A stretch of DNA of 64,000 nucleotides from Raillietiella orientalis. Lineage: Eukaryota. Under the pieces are notes generated by a model. That model searched no databases. It saw only the letters and a list, made by a program, of their open reading frames with translations, and was not told the origin of the DNA. The stretch covers positions 62,001 through 126,000 of the forward strand of contig JAYWIR010000050.1 in assembly GCA_036172245.1 (NCBI GenBank), given 5' to 3'. This document shows positions 11,800 to 24,801 of the stretch, piece by piece. Every line of letters starts with the position of its first letter. Within the stretch, counting starts at the first letter, position 1. The position numbers and the translations under genes are program-made.

Positions 11800-12490
11800 A
11801 TACAAAGCGTACGGCCATCGGCCATGCATTGTCCGAAAATGCTCGCAACCTGCCGAGTAACCGGCACGCAGGCTGGCGAGGATCGACTGGGCGGCGTAGG
11901 GGAAGGAGCAAGCGGAAATGGAAAAACATACAAGTCAGTAATAGAGAAAAATCTTTAGTGGGCACCGGAAGGGGTCACTGTTTGCTGGGGCCAACCTGTA
12001 CACGCTTTCAAAGATGCCTGCAAGTTGCATCCGAGTACGGTTGTCAGGTGGGGCAATCTGGTTGCTGTCTCAGGAAGCGCAGGGCCAAGCAGACAGCGTC
12101 CCTGTCATCCTCTTGCATAGCTCCAGGCCGCGGCAATCCCACGTAGGCTGCAAAGAACTGCTGGGCATCAGCAGGCGCAAGACCATCGCTCACAAAGGTC
12201 TTTGGGTATGTCTGTGGCATCGTTCACTGGTGCACATAGGGCGGTTGAAAATAGAAACAACAGGGGTAAGAGGGCAACACAGTCAAGAAGCAGGCGCAGG
12301 GGGTATTCTTGTACCTCGCACTTGACGCATTTCTGGTCCACAGTCCTGCTGGTCCGGTGGAACCGGCGGGCGCTGCATTGGAGGCCCCATTGAAGCACGA
12401 GACTCATGCCACTTACAGGAGGGGGGGCAGGAGTGGGCTCTGTGGTTGGATCAGTGGTCCAACCAGGCGTAATTTAACGGAAGCCTGCCG
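11800..12490 (-). mobile_element. Tx1/L1-like ORF2 C-terminal fragment, degenerate
   Basis: QWGLQC...KCVKCEVQEYPLRLLLDCVAL matches the C-terminal zinc-finger region of other copies. Confidence 0.7.
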
Positions 12491-13189
12491 AGTAACAGGA
12501 AGGCAGACTGATGATGACCCGCACGACTCACGTGTCCGTTTTCGGCGTCGATCCTTCTCCCGGGGGGAATCGGAAACCGCCACGCTGGACATCACGCGCG
12601 GAAACCGCGGCCACGCGGACTCCGACCTGGACGACGTCCGCGAGTGCCGGAGAGTGTCTCTTCGGTCTCACGCACGCGCGTGGGGCGCTCAAGCGGATTT
12701 GTGCGACTGAAAGAGTCCGATTCTTCTCAACGCCCTCAAACCGCATCGGTTCTTCTGGTCCGTCCGCACCTGCGATCCGGATCGGAACGGGGTTTTTAAA
12801 TTGACCACCCTCGTGTACTATCTGCTCGCGCGATGGTTTCTCGATTCATCCGGGCTGGCAACGAGCAGAGTGACTCGCAGCCAGACAACTTGTAGAGCGT
12901 AACCGCAGACCGTCTTTTAACGGGATGGAGAGCGTCGTGGCTGATCGGCGGGCACGAGGGGGTCAGTGTCGATTCCGCCACCTCTCTTCAACGATGAGTA
13001 GGTGAAGACATCGGAAAAGGAAGCGATGAAATAGGAGGGAAGGAAGAAGAAGAGGAGCCTCGCCCCTCGAGTCCCTCTGGGTCCTCTTCGGCACTTCGAA
13101 GCAGACCAAAACGAGTCGGCAGACCACCAACCCGCGTCGGCGATGGCGCGCCGGCTGCGACACGCAGTCTGCATCGGTGCGATGGATTC

Positions 13190-13940
13190 GAACCCGCATA
13201 CTCCGGGGACGTTAGTTATAAATGAAATAAACATTCAGGAAGAATGTGGTTAAGCCAATGGTGCGATCACGTTGTTTTCGGCTGCAATCTGCCGCGTTAC
13301 CGGTTCGCAGACCACTGCAGTTTACCACAGCAGCAGAGGGGAGGGGTCAAACACAAAGGGAAAAAAAGAAACAAAAAATAAAATAAAATTAATAAATTTA
13401 AGGGCGGAGAGGGTGGGATGTGATGGACCGTGTCCAGAAGAACATTGTCTTCTCGACACGGTCCACATGATCCTTTGTAGGATATTGGCATGGTCTTGCT
13501 GGATACGGCTTTTTAGTTGGGGTCATCTCGTTGCCATCCTCATGAAGCGGACGGCGAGCTGGATGTGGCACCACTGTCGCTGGGTCCTCCTCTTGCGTGG
13601 CTCTAGGCAGCGACCAATAACGAGGCTGCTGGAAGAAAAAACATTGCGTCCGGGAGGTGAGTATCAAAGTATCCCTGGATTTGCCGCCGGGGGTTTCTTG
13701 GGTCGTGGCGAAGTGCTTCCGGTCGGAAGATACACTCCACTAGCAGTTGGGAGGAGGTTCCACGCTCCTCTTGTGTGCGATGGAGGCGCGTCGGCGTTTG
13801 CGCATGTGGCCGTCCAAGTGTTATCCTATCTAGAGGTCCACTGGGCTGGCGCAACGCCGCAGCGTCTGCGTCAGAGGGATTCATTTGCTCCTTCTCATGT
13901 CCCTTTTTCCCCAAGACCGACTCGCGGTGGGGTTAGTTAT
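13190..13940 (-). mobile_element. Tx1/L1-like 3' fragment with 3' UTR
   Basis: IQLAVRFMRMATR-PQL...ILQRI remnant, T-rich tract, shared 3' stem motif. Confidence 0.7.
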
Positions 13941-14089
13941 TGAAACAAAAAGAACCATTCATGCTACAGTGAAGCAAACAACACAGTACCCAATCACTGA
14001 TGCGGCCCACGCGGGTACACAACTGGATCATCCTGGCAGCGCTGTTCGCAGTTCTGAGACAAGCTAGGAAATTTGTAGATGGGACTCTA

Positions 14090-14770
14090 CCGCACGCCCG
14101 GATGTTTATTTTCTTTTTAGGAGTTTAAGCCAACCGCCCAGGGCACTACCCACTTGTCCATGAGCAAATGTCGTCTTTCGGAATGGGATCTGGAGAAACA
14201 AAAAGAAAAATAAAGCAAAAATAAAGCAGAGTGTGAAAAGAACATTCTGGAGGACCGGGAAGAGATCACTATCCGATTCAAGGAGTGTCCACCGTTTGCA
14301 GGCTACCGTCGAGGTCCATATGCTTTCTTCTTAGGTGGAGCCATCTGGTCGCAATCTGCAGGAAGCGAACTGCGAATTCGATGGCGTCCCTTTCGCTGCT
14401 TCCTCTGTTGGCTTCGCTCCACGCAGCCGCAATCACTCGAATGTAGCATAATGCTACCAAGGCTGAGGCTGGTTGCAGAGCGTTCGGCACAAAGAGGAGC
14501 TGTAGAATGTCTCCGGAGATGGCTGCAAACCGAGATCCAGAGGGAGGTCAAAAAACGTTCCAAAGGGGTCGGAGGGCAGCGCAGTTTAGGTGGGGGAGGG
14601 ATTCCCTTTCACCGCATCCGACACACTTCGGGTACAGCCTCCCAGCGTCCAGAGTTGACGGAGCGCGTTGCAGAGAAAACCCCAGTGCAACAGAAGCAGC
14701 GCTGACATTTGCCACATCAGGGTGCGGATGCTTGAGTCTTTCAGCACTGCTAGCAACTACAGGTCATCGT
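14090..14770 (-). mobile_element. Tx1/L1-like 3' fragment
   Basis: ASALVALCYIRVIAAAWS...FAVRFLQIATRWLHL; ends aataaacatccgggcg. Confidence 0.72.
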
Positions 14771-16099
14771 TTGGGATGCCGAGCAGCTCGCACCATCGCT
14801 TCAGTCCTCGTGGAAGGACGCTCGGGGTCGTGGCGTCCGTTAGCTTTCCTATGGTCTATCCGCTCATCTTCTTCTCCCTGCCTGCGATCCGTCCACGACG
14901 TACGGCTGCTCAAAAGAGCCCTTCTTAGAAAAGACAGTGCCGTAGCTAGGGGGGTCGTGTCTGCACATGTGCTCCTGGTGGGACACTTTAGTATCTTCCG
15001 CAGTTAGCAGCGGCAGTAGTTGGAGAAACACAGACAATTTCAGCTGTCACTTTAGGATTTATTCAACTTCACTCACGTATCTGTTGTTTCCTCTAGCCAC
15101 GCGCGAGAATTCGTGGGACTGCATACAATCCAGATGTTCTACTCCTTCAGCGTGGCTACACGTCCGAGGAGGAGGTCGCATCTTCTAAGCTTCCACCTGC
15201 GGCATAGAAGATGAGACTCAAGTCCTTCCGTCCGGATACACAGTGGGCGAGCAAGCGGGCCGGAACGCACCAAGCAGGGCCATCTCTTCCTGCTGCGAGG
15301 AAGCAGGTGTCGCGACCCCACACTTTACGTGCGGACGCAGCGCCCGGTGCGGTCTAAAGGAACACCGCTAATGCGGACACAGCCCCTACAGCAGCGCCCT
15401 TTCCAGCCACAGGGGCAGCGCCGCTCACGAGGATGCAGTGCCTCTCTCGAGAGCAACAGGAATCGCGTACGCCTGAACGGAGGCAGCGTACCTACAGACA
15501 GTCAAAAAAAAAATTCCGACCCCCACGAAGGCAGCACTATCTCCGAGGGGCGAAATAAACTGCGATGCACAGGAAGACTGCTGAACGAAGGTGGAGGAGG
15601 AAGAAGAAGACTCAACCTTTCAACTCCTCACAGCTTCTTAGCGTTCAGATAGGTGGTCGCAAAATAAGGCTGAGGCACTTGCCTCCTAAGCTGTCGTCCT
15701 CTCGCCATTGGATTGGGAAACTCCTGCCGTGGCTGGGGGAAAGACGATTTAAGCAGTAAGCGCGAATACGCCGGCGGTATATGTGTCCCAGCAATCCGGA
15801 AAACAGACAAATCGCCTGTGCTTCGCCCGACTGTCGGATTTCCATTCGAAGTCAGACACCCCGAGAGCACGGCGCGACACCTGCGCAGAAACGCGTACGT
15901 GCCTCTCCAAGACGCGTGGTTGTCGAGGCGAAACAGTTTCCAGGAAGCAAAGAGGAGGGGAAGGACCGCGCCTGTGAGCTACCGGCAACAAGCTGCGCGG
16001 CGACTGACAGCGGTCACCAATCTCAGACATCTGGCGCTCTGTCTCGTGACCGCTCGGGGGATTATGTCAGAAAACACAGGAGGATTGTTAATCCGTCCA

Positions 16100-16797
16100 C
16101 CTGCACTCACGCGGGCATCGCACAACGATTCTCCACCGTCACCCACACTTGTTTGAGCTCACTTTGGTGTCTTTGAAACCCTCAGCAGTGGTTTGACCGC
16201 CTCCACAACGCGTGGGCAGTGGCGAATTTTGCGAGGACCGCAACGACTTGACGGTCCTGCAGGCCCTTTTTTACTCCACTTACCCGTAGCACGAACGACT
16301 GGTGCGCTGTGGAAGGGAGTATATTCTGACCATGAATGAGCAGCAGTTGTGCAGCAAACGTGAGGAGAGCGTCTTTCCTGGACACTTTCCAGTAGCCGCA
16401 ACCACTCATGGACATGATGTACTCCAGCTGGCTTCCCTTCTGCATTCCAATTCGCTCGAGTTCCTTACCAAACTCCCGCCCAACCCGCTCAGGCATGAGA
16501 ACACACACCTTATACCTGAGTGCAGGCGTGTAGCCATTAGCCACGTACGACTGTGTCTCAGGGCTGTGGGGCGAAGATCTATTCGCAGCCGCAGGGATGG
16601 CGACCTGGTCACATGTCCTCGCCGTCGGCGAGGAAAGTAGCTTCTTGCTGGCGGACGACCTCGTTATCTCCGGAAGGGAAAATGTTCCCCTATCCTTTTT
16701 TCAATCTTTCCTTGCAAGCTCCTACCGCACAGGCACTGGCACAGCGAAATGACAGAAAACTAAGCCGCGCACGGAGCGATGCAAAAGCAGTTCCCGC
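16100..16797 (-). mobile_element. Tx1-like 5' end and ORF1 (gag-like) fragment
   Basis: PALRYKV...GREFGKELERIG homologous to 32619-32987; 5' motif at 16781-16797. Confidence 0.7.
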
Positions 16798-18105
16798 GCT
16801 ACGAGCTAATGCGAGTGACGGGCAATGTCCCGGAGAAGTTTCTATCAGCAAGAATGAGTCTCCAGCCGAAAGGTGGGGACATACGCCAGCTAAACAACTG
16901 GCCTCCCATCACCTTGGTGAATTCGGACGTCAAATTGTTCTCGAAATTATGGGTCGCGCGGCTAGGGAGAATCGCCGAGTCCTTGGTAACTCCGCAACAG
17001 ACCTACGCTGTTCCTTGGCGATCCATGGACGCGAATCTCTTCTTCGCGCGAACATGGTTCGAGTTACAGCAGCCCGTGGCGCAGCCAAGCCAGACAGCTA
17101 AAATCGCCGATGCCAAAGGTAAGCGGCGGTGTTCAAGGCACGATGGAACGCCGAGCGCCTTAGCGGTCGCCGTCGATCTCTGCAAAGCGTTCGACAGCGT
17201 AAACCTGGACCTCCTTCTGGAGCTTCTGGGACGCTTGGGCCTCCCAACGCACCTCATCGCCTACTTGCGCTCCTGCTGGGGCCACGCGTTCTGCTGTATC
17301 TCTTTCATCGGGCGCCACGTGTACGGCATTCCCATACGGCGGGGTATCAGGCAGGATTAAGCCCCCTGCTCTTCAGCATCTTCTTTGAGTTGGTGCTGAG
17401 GGCGTACAGGTTGACGCTGGCCAACCTGCCGAGTTCCTGTCCGGGAACACCGGCCGTGGCCGCCTACGATGACGACTTTCTCCGGTTGCTGCCAATGTCC
17501 ACCCAGGCGTCCATGCTCGAGGACTTCTTTGAGCTCATTTCCGGGGGAGTTGCGTCCCGGAACTGTGCCAAATGCGCAGCGGTGGAATCGCTTCCGCATT
17601 TGCTGTTTGAGTGCATTGCCCTCCAGGAGCTGTGGCGACGGCTGTTTTCAGCGCTCCTGCACCCTGGACACACCGCAATGGATTGGATGCGCCGCTTCTT
17701 CACGCGTGGCGGCCTATCTCTTGGGGCGGTCGTCGCAATCATCTGCTGCGTCCTCGCCACTGTCAGGGCCCGCCACGTATTGCAGATGCGAGCAGTCCCA
17801 ACATCGGTTCCCGACACCGCAGCCTGCAACCTGCAAATGGCTGCCGGGTGGCCACACCTGGGAGCAGAAGTGAGGACGGAGATCGGCGGCATTCACCGCC
17901 GGCTCTGAGAATAGAAACGGTTAGAATGCGTACCCCTCTCCCCGCCCTCCCACCCAATTTATTTATTTATTGTCCCACCCCCTCCCGTTCCGAACTCTCA
18001 GTGTGCCCGGCCTGCGTTCCGGGAAATCTACTCCCCATTTTCTGTTCCCCTTGCCTGGGAACACAGTTCCCATTTGATATTATAAATAAACGTCCCTGCG
18101 CAACC
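16798..18105 (+). mobile_element. Tx1-like RT fragment, internally deleted, joined to zinc finger and 3' UTR
   Basis: PKGGDIRQLNNWPPITLVNSDVK, AVDLCKAFD, GIRQ, AYDDD, CAKC...ESLPHLLFEC. Confidence 0.88.
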
Positions 18106-18107
18106 AT

Positions 18108-19193
18108 TTAATAAACGATAACGCTGCATTCTTTAATCTGCTCGCTTGCCTGCTGTTTTTTCTGGCGGTACGCGAGCTTTTTCTCTGATGTTCTCTCTTT
18201 TTTTGTCTTTTTGGCCGTTGCCACCTGCCACCCATGCTCTTGGCCAGATCCCTCGACTTGTTCCGCGTTGTTTGCCGGGGTCTTGGGTGCGGCCTGGGCC
18301 TTGGGCGCGGGTGGCACAGCCTTCGCGGCAGCTTTCGCCGCCAGCTTTTTCTCCAGCAGCCGGGCGCGTTTTTTGAGGTTTCTCTTGGAAACCACCCGCA
18401 CTGCTGCTTTTGGGCACACCTCCCTCGTGTGACCCATTGTGCCGCATACTTGGCACTGCACGTTGGGACATCTCTTTTTGAGGTGGCCCGACGTATTGCA
18501 GAAGCCGCAGTATTTCGGCTTCCCCACATACCAGAGGTCGACGGTTTCGCCTTCGACCACCAGTTTGTGGGGAAGGGTGCAGCCCTCCCGAAAGGTCACA
18601 CGTGCAGCCGTGAGGCCGTGTTGCATCCCCGTGTAGTTCTCAAAAGGACTAACCTTCGACCACTGCGCGTGGACCTTTCCATATTCTTCCAACGCGGCGC
18701 GAACCTGTTCTTTGCGCATCCGCGCGGTGACGCCTAATAGGTGGACCACCATGCTGCGGTCCGCCGTAATAGGGAGGAGCCTGCGCGTCCCCATCACCAC
18801 GGGGGTTTTAAGCAGTCGTTGGACCAGCTCTGCTTGTTTGCAGATGACCTCAACGTACTGACCCCCACCGCGGATGGTCATAGCGCTGAGCTCCTCGTCT
18901 TTCACATCGAGAGCGCTCATGCCCTTCGAGAAGGCGCGCGCGCTCTCTAAAGTATAGAGATTGCCTACTTTGTAGAACAATGAGGGGTTATACCCTCCCT
19001 CCACATAGGCGTACAATTCCGTCGCGATTGCAGGCGATGGCGCCGACACGACGGCGCTACACGCCCGCGCTGCAGCGGGGACGTATTCTGTGGGGGCGGA
19101 TGCCCCCACCTCCATCGCCACTGGGGGCGACGTTGCCGCCGCCCCCTGGCCATCCCTGGTGGTCGCGTCAGGCATCGCTGCCTTATCGACCAC
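18108..19193 (-). CDS. Retrotransposon ORF1 (gag-like) protein with two CCHC zinc knuckles, open 361-aa frame
   Basis: CGFCNTSGHLKKRC and CQVCGTMGHTREVC; basic C-terminus; 5' motif at 19248-19260. Confidence 0.9.
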   Translation of the reverse strand: MVDKAAMPDATTRDGQGAAATSPPVAMEVGASAPTEYVPAAARACSAVVSAPSPAIATELYAYVEGGYNPSLFYKVGNLYTLESARAFSKGMSALDVKDEELSAMTIRGGGQYVEVICKQAELVQRLLKTPVVMGTRRLLPITADRSMVVHLLGVTARMRKEQVRAALEEYGKVHAQWSKVSPFENYTGMQHGLTAARVTFREGCTLPHKLVVEGETVDLWYVGKPKYCGFCNTSGHLKKRCPNVQCQVCGTMGHTREVCPKAAVRVVSKRNLKKRARLLEKKLAAKAAAKAVPPAPKAQAAPKTPANNAEQVEGSGQEHGWQVATAKKTKKERTSEKKLAYRQKKQQASEQIKECSVIVY

Positions 19194-19284
19194 CGAACCA
19201 CACGACGCTTTTACTGGGGGAGACTTCCTGGCACGAGGAGCACAGAGAAAACACGTCCGCCCTCGAGCGCATAAGGCGTTTGAT

Positions 19285-21643
19285 TTTCACCTGGATTTCG
19301 CCGAGGCGTTTATTTCAACAATTAACATTTACAAAGACGTGCAGTGGCTGGACCATTGCTCCAGCTACGCACGAAGAAATACAGAGTCTGCCGCGTCACC
19401 GGCTCACAGACCGGTACGGTTCACCACGGCAGAAGGGGGAAGAAAAAAAACAAAAAACAAAACAAAAAAAAAAGAAAAGAAAAGGTGGGAGGTTACGGGA
19501 AGGGATCACTCTAGCTGGTGGGGCCGTTGCATCCTTTGCAGGATGCCGGCAAGCTCCTTCTGTATTGCTGGATCCAGATGGGGCCATCTCTACGCTCTCC
19601 CTCGAAACTGGGAGGCTGGCTGGATGGCACCCTGGTCGCGTTGTCCTCCCGTAGCCTTTCTCCAGGCGGTGACGATCCCGGGAAGGCAGCACAGGGATGC
19701 CAACAAGGCCGCTGGCACAAGGGCGTCGGCAACGAAGAGGGCTTACAGAACGTCCCTGGGGTTGCCGCAGGGGATTCCGATGGCCGCGGCAGAGCGGAAC
19801 CAAAGGGGCCGAAGGGCAACACAATCCATTAGCAGGTGGGAGAGGGAGTCACGTTCCCCAGACCTGACGTAATTGTTGTCCACTGCTCCCCAGGTCCAGT
19901 GGTGTCGGCGGGAGTTGCAGGGGAGTCCCCAGTGCTGCAACAGGAGAGCCGACTTCTTATATCTTAAGGGGAGGGTGGAGGTGTTCATGAGTACCGGGTG
20001 CCACTTCAAACGTTTAATGGGAACGTCGTGCAGCGCGCTTCAGCAAAGAAGTCCATGGGGAGGCGTACTCGGGGTGGCAGCGTCAGTCAGCTGACCCGTC
20101 TTCCACTCTCTTATCTTCTTCTCCTTCTTGGAGATTGTCACTGTAACCTCCCACTTCTCCGCAACATTTCTGTCCAGATCTTCCTTCAGGGAGGGCAGCG
20201 CAGCAGCGAAGGGGGTTCTTCCTGCCCACGCTCTCTTCTTAGGATTCTCCAGGATCTCACGGAGCGTGCAACTCCCGTAACCCCCAAGCAGAAACCGTGT
20301 TTTGGGTTGGGAGCGTTGCAGGCCGAACTGTCCATACGTTCGAACGGTTTCCTGCACCCAGGCGCTACCGTTCAAAGGGCGACAGGTGATCCATCCTTGA
20401 TTTTTCCAAATGAAGGCAGCAACCCTCCGCAGCTGTAGCCCACATCGGTAGTTGCGGGAGCGATGGAGTGTAAGAAAGGACGTGAGTCCCTTCTTCCCGG
20501 TGGCTTCCTTGACGAGGAGACGTGCAGGGACGCACCAACAGGTGCACGACAACTCTGGAACAAGTGCCGACATTCGGAACTGGAGCTGAAGCTCCAGCCG
20601 CTCCAGCGTCAGGAGGCCCAGGCCACCGTCCCGACGAGGAGCGCACAAGTCCTTTAAGCGGACTCGGGCCCTCCCGTTGCCCCAAGGGGCGATACGGAGG
20701 AGGTCCTTTCTGCGCTTTTTAATCCTCTCTGTGAGGGGGCAAACAAAAAGCAGGGGGCGGAAGAGAGGAGCCGCGAACGTATTCCAAACCGCGGCCCGTT
20801 CAGGCAGGAAAAACCTGCCGCCTCGGATCGGACCGATCGCCATCTCTACTTTCTGGAGGCAGCCGGTCCACGCTTCCGCAGGGGAGTAGTCTTCCAACGG
20901 CACACCAAGGTACTTGAAGTACCGTACCGTCGGGATCCCCAAACGGACAGAGTCCTGCTGCCCTGCCCACGCCGCACCAACTGGCATCACGGACGACTTC
21001 GCCCTGTTCACCGTAAGTCCGGTTCCCCGATGCAGCAGGTCGAAGAACTCCTCTACCGCCGAAGCCGGGGTGGACATAGGGAGCAGCAGAGGAAGGTCGT
21101 CTGCGTACGCTGAAACGGCCGGCGTACCGGCACAGTCGTGCGGCAGGTGCGCCAGAGTTCCCTTGTACGCTCTCAGTACCAACTCAAAGTAAGTACTGCA
21201 GAGCAAGGGGCTCAGGCTGTCTCCCTGCCGGATCCCACGCCGCACCGGGACGCCGTGCACGGTCTGCTCACTGAAAGTAACGTTGATGAGCGCGTCGCGC
21301 CAGCTGGAGCGCAGATAGGCCGCTAATGAGGCCGGGAAGCTTAAGCGTTCCAGAAGCTCCAGAAGGAGATTCTGGTCGACGGAATCGAATGCTTTGCGCA
21401 AGTCGACTGCGACCGCAAGGGCTCCCTCCCCCACCCGACCATCCGACCCCTTGCCGGCGCACGCACCGGAATTCCGGCTGCGCACCAAGCTCCTTTCATG
21501 TTTGAGCTCTCGCCAGGTGGAAGCGTGGAACAGGTTTGCCTCCATGCTTAGCCCGGGAACAGCATATGTCTGTTCCGGGCTGATGAAGATGTTGGCAACC
21601 CGTTCCAGACGCTCTGCTTAAACCTTAGCCAGCAACTTGGCGT
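19285..21643 (-). mobile_element. Tx1/L1-like ORF2 (RT to C-terminus) with 3' end
   Basis: PEQTYAVPG, AVDLRKAFD, GIRQGDSLSPLL, YADD, KYLG, DGGLG (ORF 20040-21545); zinc finger; ends CCAGGTGAAA. Confidence 0.95.
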
Positions 21644-22404
21644 GCCGACGTGTTTTTTCCGCGCTCTTCCGCGCCTGTTGTAAAGGCTTTCGTTGCGTTA
21701 ATGTTTGTGTGTGGTGCATCTGCGGTGTCCAATGGCAGAAATGCCTGAGGACACCGCGATGGAAGTCGGCGGGGGAGAGGATTGTTCCTCTCCCTAACCC
21801 ATTGAGGTGGGGGCAACCGCCCCCTTAAAAAAGGGGGCAACCGCCTCTCCGAAAACGAGGGCTACCGCCACCTTGAAAAAGGGGGCAACCGTTGCCTTGG
21901 AAAAGGGCGCAACCGCCCCCTTGAAAAAGGGGGCAACCGCGTCTTTGGATCCTTCCTCGGCAACGACGAAGACCTGAAGCTCAGTGGCTATGGCCCCATC
22001 TCCTGCAGCCCTTGCAGAACAGCGCGCCTACCTTGAACAAGGATACAAGCCGTCCTTGATTTACAAGGTAGGAAATCTGTTTGTGGGGAACACCGTTCGT
22101 AACTTTGAAAGAGAGTTACAGCGGCTGGATGTGAAAGAGGAAGACCTGGAAGGTCTCTCCGTGATGAGTGTGGGCCAGCGGGTGGAGCTGACTTGCAAAA
22201 ATGCAAGTCTGGCTCAACGCCTGCTAAACACTTCCATCACTCTGGAAGGCCGAAAGATCTTCCCTGTAACGGAGGACCGCTCCATTATTGCACACCTATA
22301 CGGTGTAACTCTGCGCATGACAAAAGCTGGCGTGCAGGAAGAGTTGAAAAAACATGGTACGGTGCACGCGCTCTGGACCAAGCCCAACGTCTTCCAAACA
22401 TATG
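21644..22404 (+). mobile_element. Tx1-like 5' end and ORF1 fragment
   Basis: GYKPSLIYKVGNL...DVKEEDL homologous to the 18108 ORF; in-frame stops upstream. Confidence 0.85.
21809..21946 (+). repeat. 24-nt tandem repeat (GATAPLKK) in the ORF1 N-terminus
   Basis: ~5.5 units of GGGGCAACCGCCCCCTTGAAAAAG. Confidence 0.85.
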
Positions 22405-22432
22405 CAGCGGAGCGCGGAAAACACACGTCCGC

Positions 22433-24801
22433 ACGCAAAGTTGCATGCCGAGTTGTGGGCTGAGCGTTTGGGGCGGGTGGCCGCTTCCGTGATCAGTCCG
22501 GAGCAGACCTACGCTGTTCCCGGATGAAGCATGGAGTCAAACCTGCTCCTCGCCAGCACATGGTGGCAGTTGCGACAACGCGTTGCTCAGGAAGGTCAAG
22601 GAAGTCTTGCGCTCTCCTCTGACCAGGATCATCGGCTAGAGGCTGGGATGGAGTCCGCGGGAGCCTTTGCAGTCGCAATCGATATGCACAAAGCATTGGA
22701 CTGCGTCGACAAGGAACTCCTTTTAAAGCTCTTGGAACGCATGGGTTTCCCGGCCGTGCTCCAGTCCTACCTGCGCTGCTGCTGGCGCAACGCGTCGATC
22801 AATATTGACTTTAGCGGCCGGCACGTGTACGGCGTGCCAATGCGCCGCGGCATCCGGCAGGGTGACACCCTGAGCCCCTTGCTCTTCAGCATCTACTCCG
22901 AGTTGGTGCTGAGAGCATACAGGGAAACTCTGGCAACCCTGCCGAGCTTGTGTGCCGGCACGCCTGCCGTTTCGGCCTATGCAGACGATCTTCTGCTGCT
23001 GCTTCCCGGGTCCATCCCGGCGAGTGCGCTCGAGGACTTCTTCGAGTTGCTGCGCCGCGAGACAGGCCTGGAGGTGAACAGGGCGAAGTCGTCCATGATC
23101 TTTGTCGGTTCGGCGTGGGCTGGGCGGTCGGACTGGATCCGCTTGGGGATCTCCACGAGCAGGTGCTTCAAGTACCTCGGCGTACCGTTGGGGGACTTCT
23201 GCGGAGCAGAAGCCTGGTCTGACCGTCTCAAAAAGGCAGCATTGCCGATCGGTTCGTTCCAAGAAGTCAACTTCTACTTGCATGAACGGGCTTCGGTGTG
23301 GAACGCGTTTGCGGCCCCCTTCTTCGTTCTTTACTTTTTGTTTGCCCCGCCCCTTATTTTATTCGGAAACGAGCAGCGGGCCTCCTTAGGACAGTCCTTT
23401 GGGGCAAAGAGATGTCCCGTGTGAGGCTCAAATACTTGTGCGCTCCACATAAGGACGGTGGACTTGGCGTTCTTACGCTGGAGCGCATGGAAGTGCAATT
23501 ACAGTTTAGGACTCTCGCTTTCGTGGCAGAACTGTGGGACACGCCCTGGTGCATCCCAGCACACCTTCTGGCCCAACGAGCCTGCGGATCCGGCGGACTT
23601 TTGTCGTATCTGTCTGCGCGCGTCGGCAGAAGAGCACACTGTGTCTCTCACCTGCGACGCATGGCCGTTGCGGTTCGGGAGAACGCCTGGATCTCTTGTT
23701 TCCCAGGGAACTACTCAGCCTGGTTGCACGAGTAAGTCTCCACCTGGGAAAGGATCCACGTTCCGGCGGGCACAACGAACACTTGCCTGAAAAGGCACGC
23801 TTGCTAGACGCTGCAGGAGATCGTGCAGTCCCACGAACAGCTTCTGTGGGCCCTGATAACCCCTCTTCCCCTAGTGCTGCCCTTCCTTGTGAATGCCAGG
23901 GACAGTAGCGAGCAGGGGAAATGGACCGTATCCTGCACCATAGGCGGCAGGACACAATCGATAAAGGCGTGGACATCTCGGCAGCTAGCTGACGCAGCGA
24001 CGCCGAGTGTCCCGCCCAACGGAATTCGACGCTGGGGAGAGCTACTCGGACTATCTCCGGAGGAGATGAAGTGGCCCCCAGCGTACTGGAACAGTGCATC
24101 CCTCCCCCTGAAATGGCAGGATGTGGCGTTGCTTGTGGTTCTCTGGGGATTACCATTCAAAGAACGCCTGCACCACACTACCCGAGGGGCTGTGGATCCT
24201 AACTGCGACCGGTGTGGGGGAAAGGAAACATTCCCCCACCTTGTCCTTGAGTGAAGCGCCCTCCGCCCTTTGTGGGAACGTTTCGCGGCGATCCTGGACT
24301 TGCGCGGATGCGGCCCAAAGGACGTTTTAAGGCGCCTCTTCTGTAGTGACGCCTTGTCCCCGCCCGCTAGTGTAGCAGTCCTCTGCTGCATCCGAGGAAT
24401 AGTGGCGGCTTGGAACGCCACCAGAAGAAGGCGTTAGCCAACCGGCAACGCCTTACACTGGACTCGCCTTTTCGTGAGCAGTGTCTCCAAGAGGCGCCAC
24501 TTAGGCCCAGACAGAACTCAGCTTGTCGGGATCCTGAATAGGATCTAGAGGACCTATCCACACGCAGAGTGATCCTGCTCTTGCCTTCCCACCCCTGAAA
24601 CATTTGTTCTTCCCCCACATTTGAACTTTTTGGTTCTTTTTGTTTTTTATTTCCCATCCCCGCGCATTGGAAAGACCTCTTCGGCATAGAGCCAACAACC
24701 AGCAAGCTGTTTGGGAGTGGTGAACCTTCGGGTTCGCCACGCGACAATTGTTTGTATTTTTATTTCAATGAAATAAATGCTTCGGCACATCCGGGTGTGA
24801 A
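22433..24801 (+). mobile_element. Tx1/L1-like ORF2 (RT to C-terminus) with 3' end, frameshifted
   Basis: IDMHKALD, GIRQGDTLSPLLF, YADD, KYLG, CDRC...ETFPHLVLE; ends ccgggtgtgaa. Confidence 0.95.

Noticed and set aside
15600..16060. Additional APE endonuclease fragment (NAYVP...RRNSFQE)
   Set aside because: Plausible but too decayed; catalytic GDFN and SDH motifs are not visible.
21809..21946. CRISPR-like array of hairpin repeats
   Set aside because: Units are contiguous without unique spacers, in frame within a retrotransposon ORF1, with no cas genes and in a eukaryotic context.
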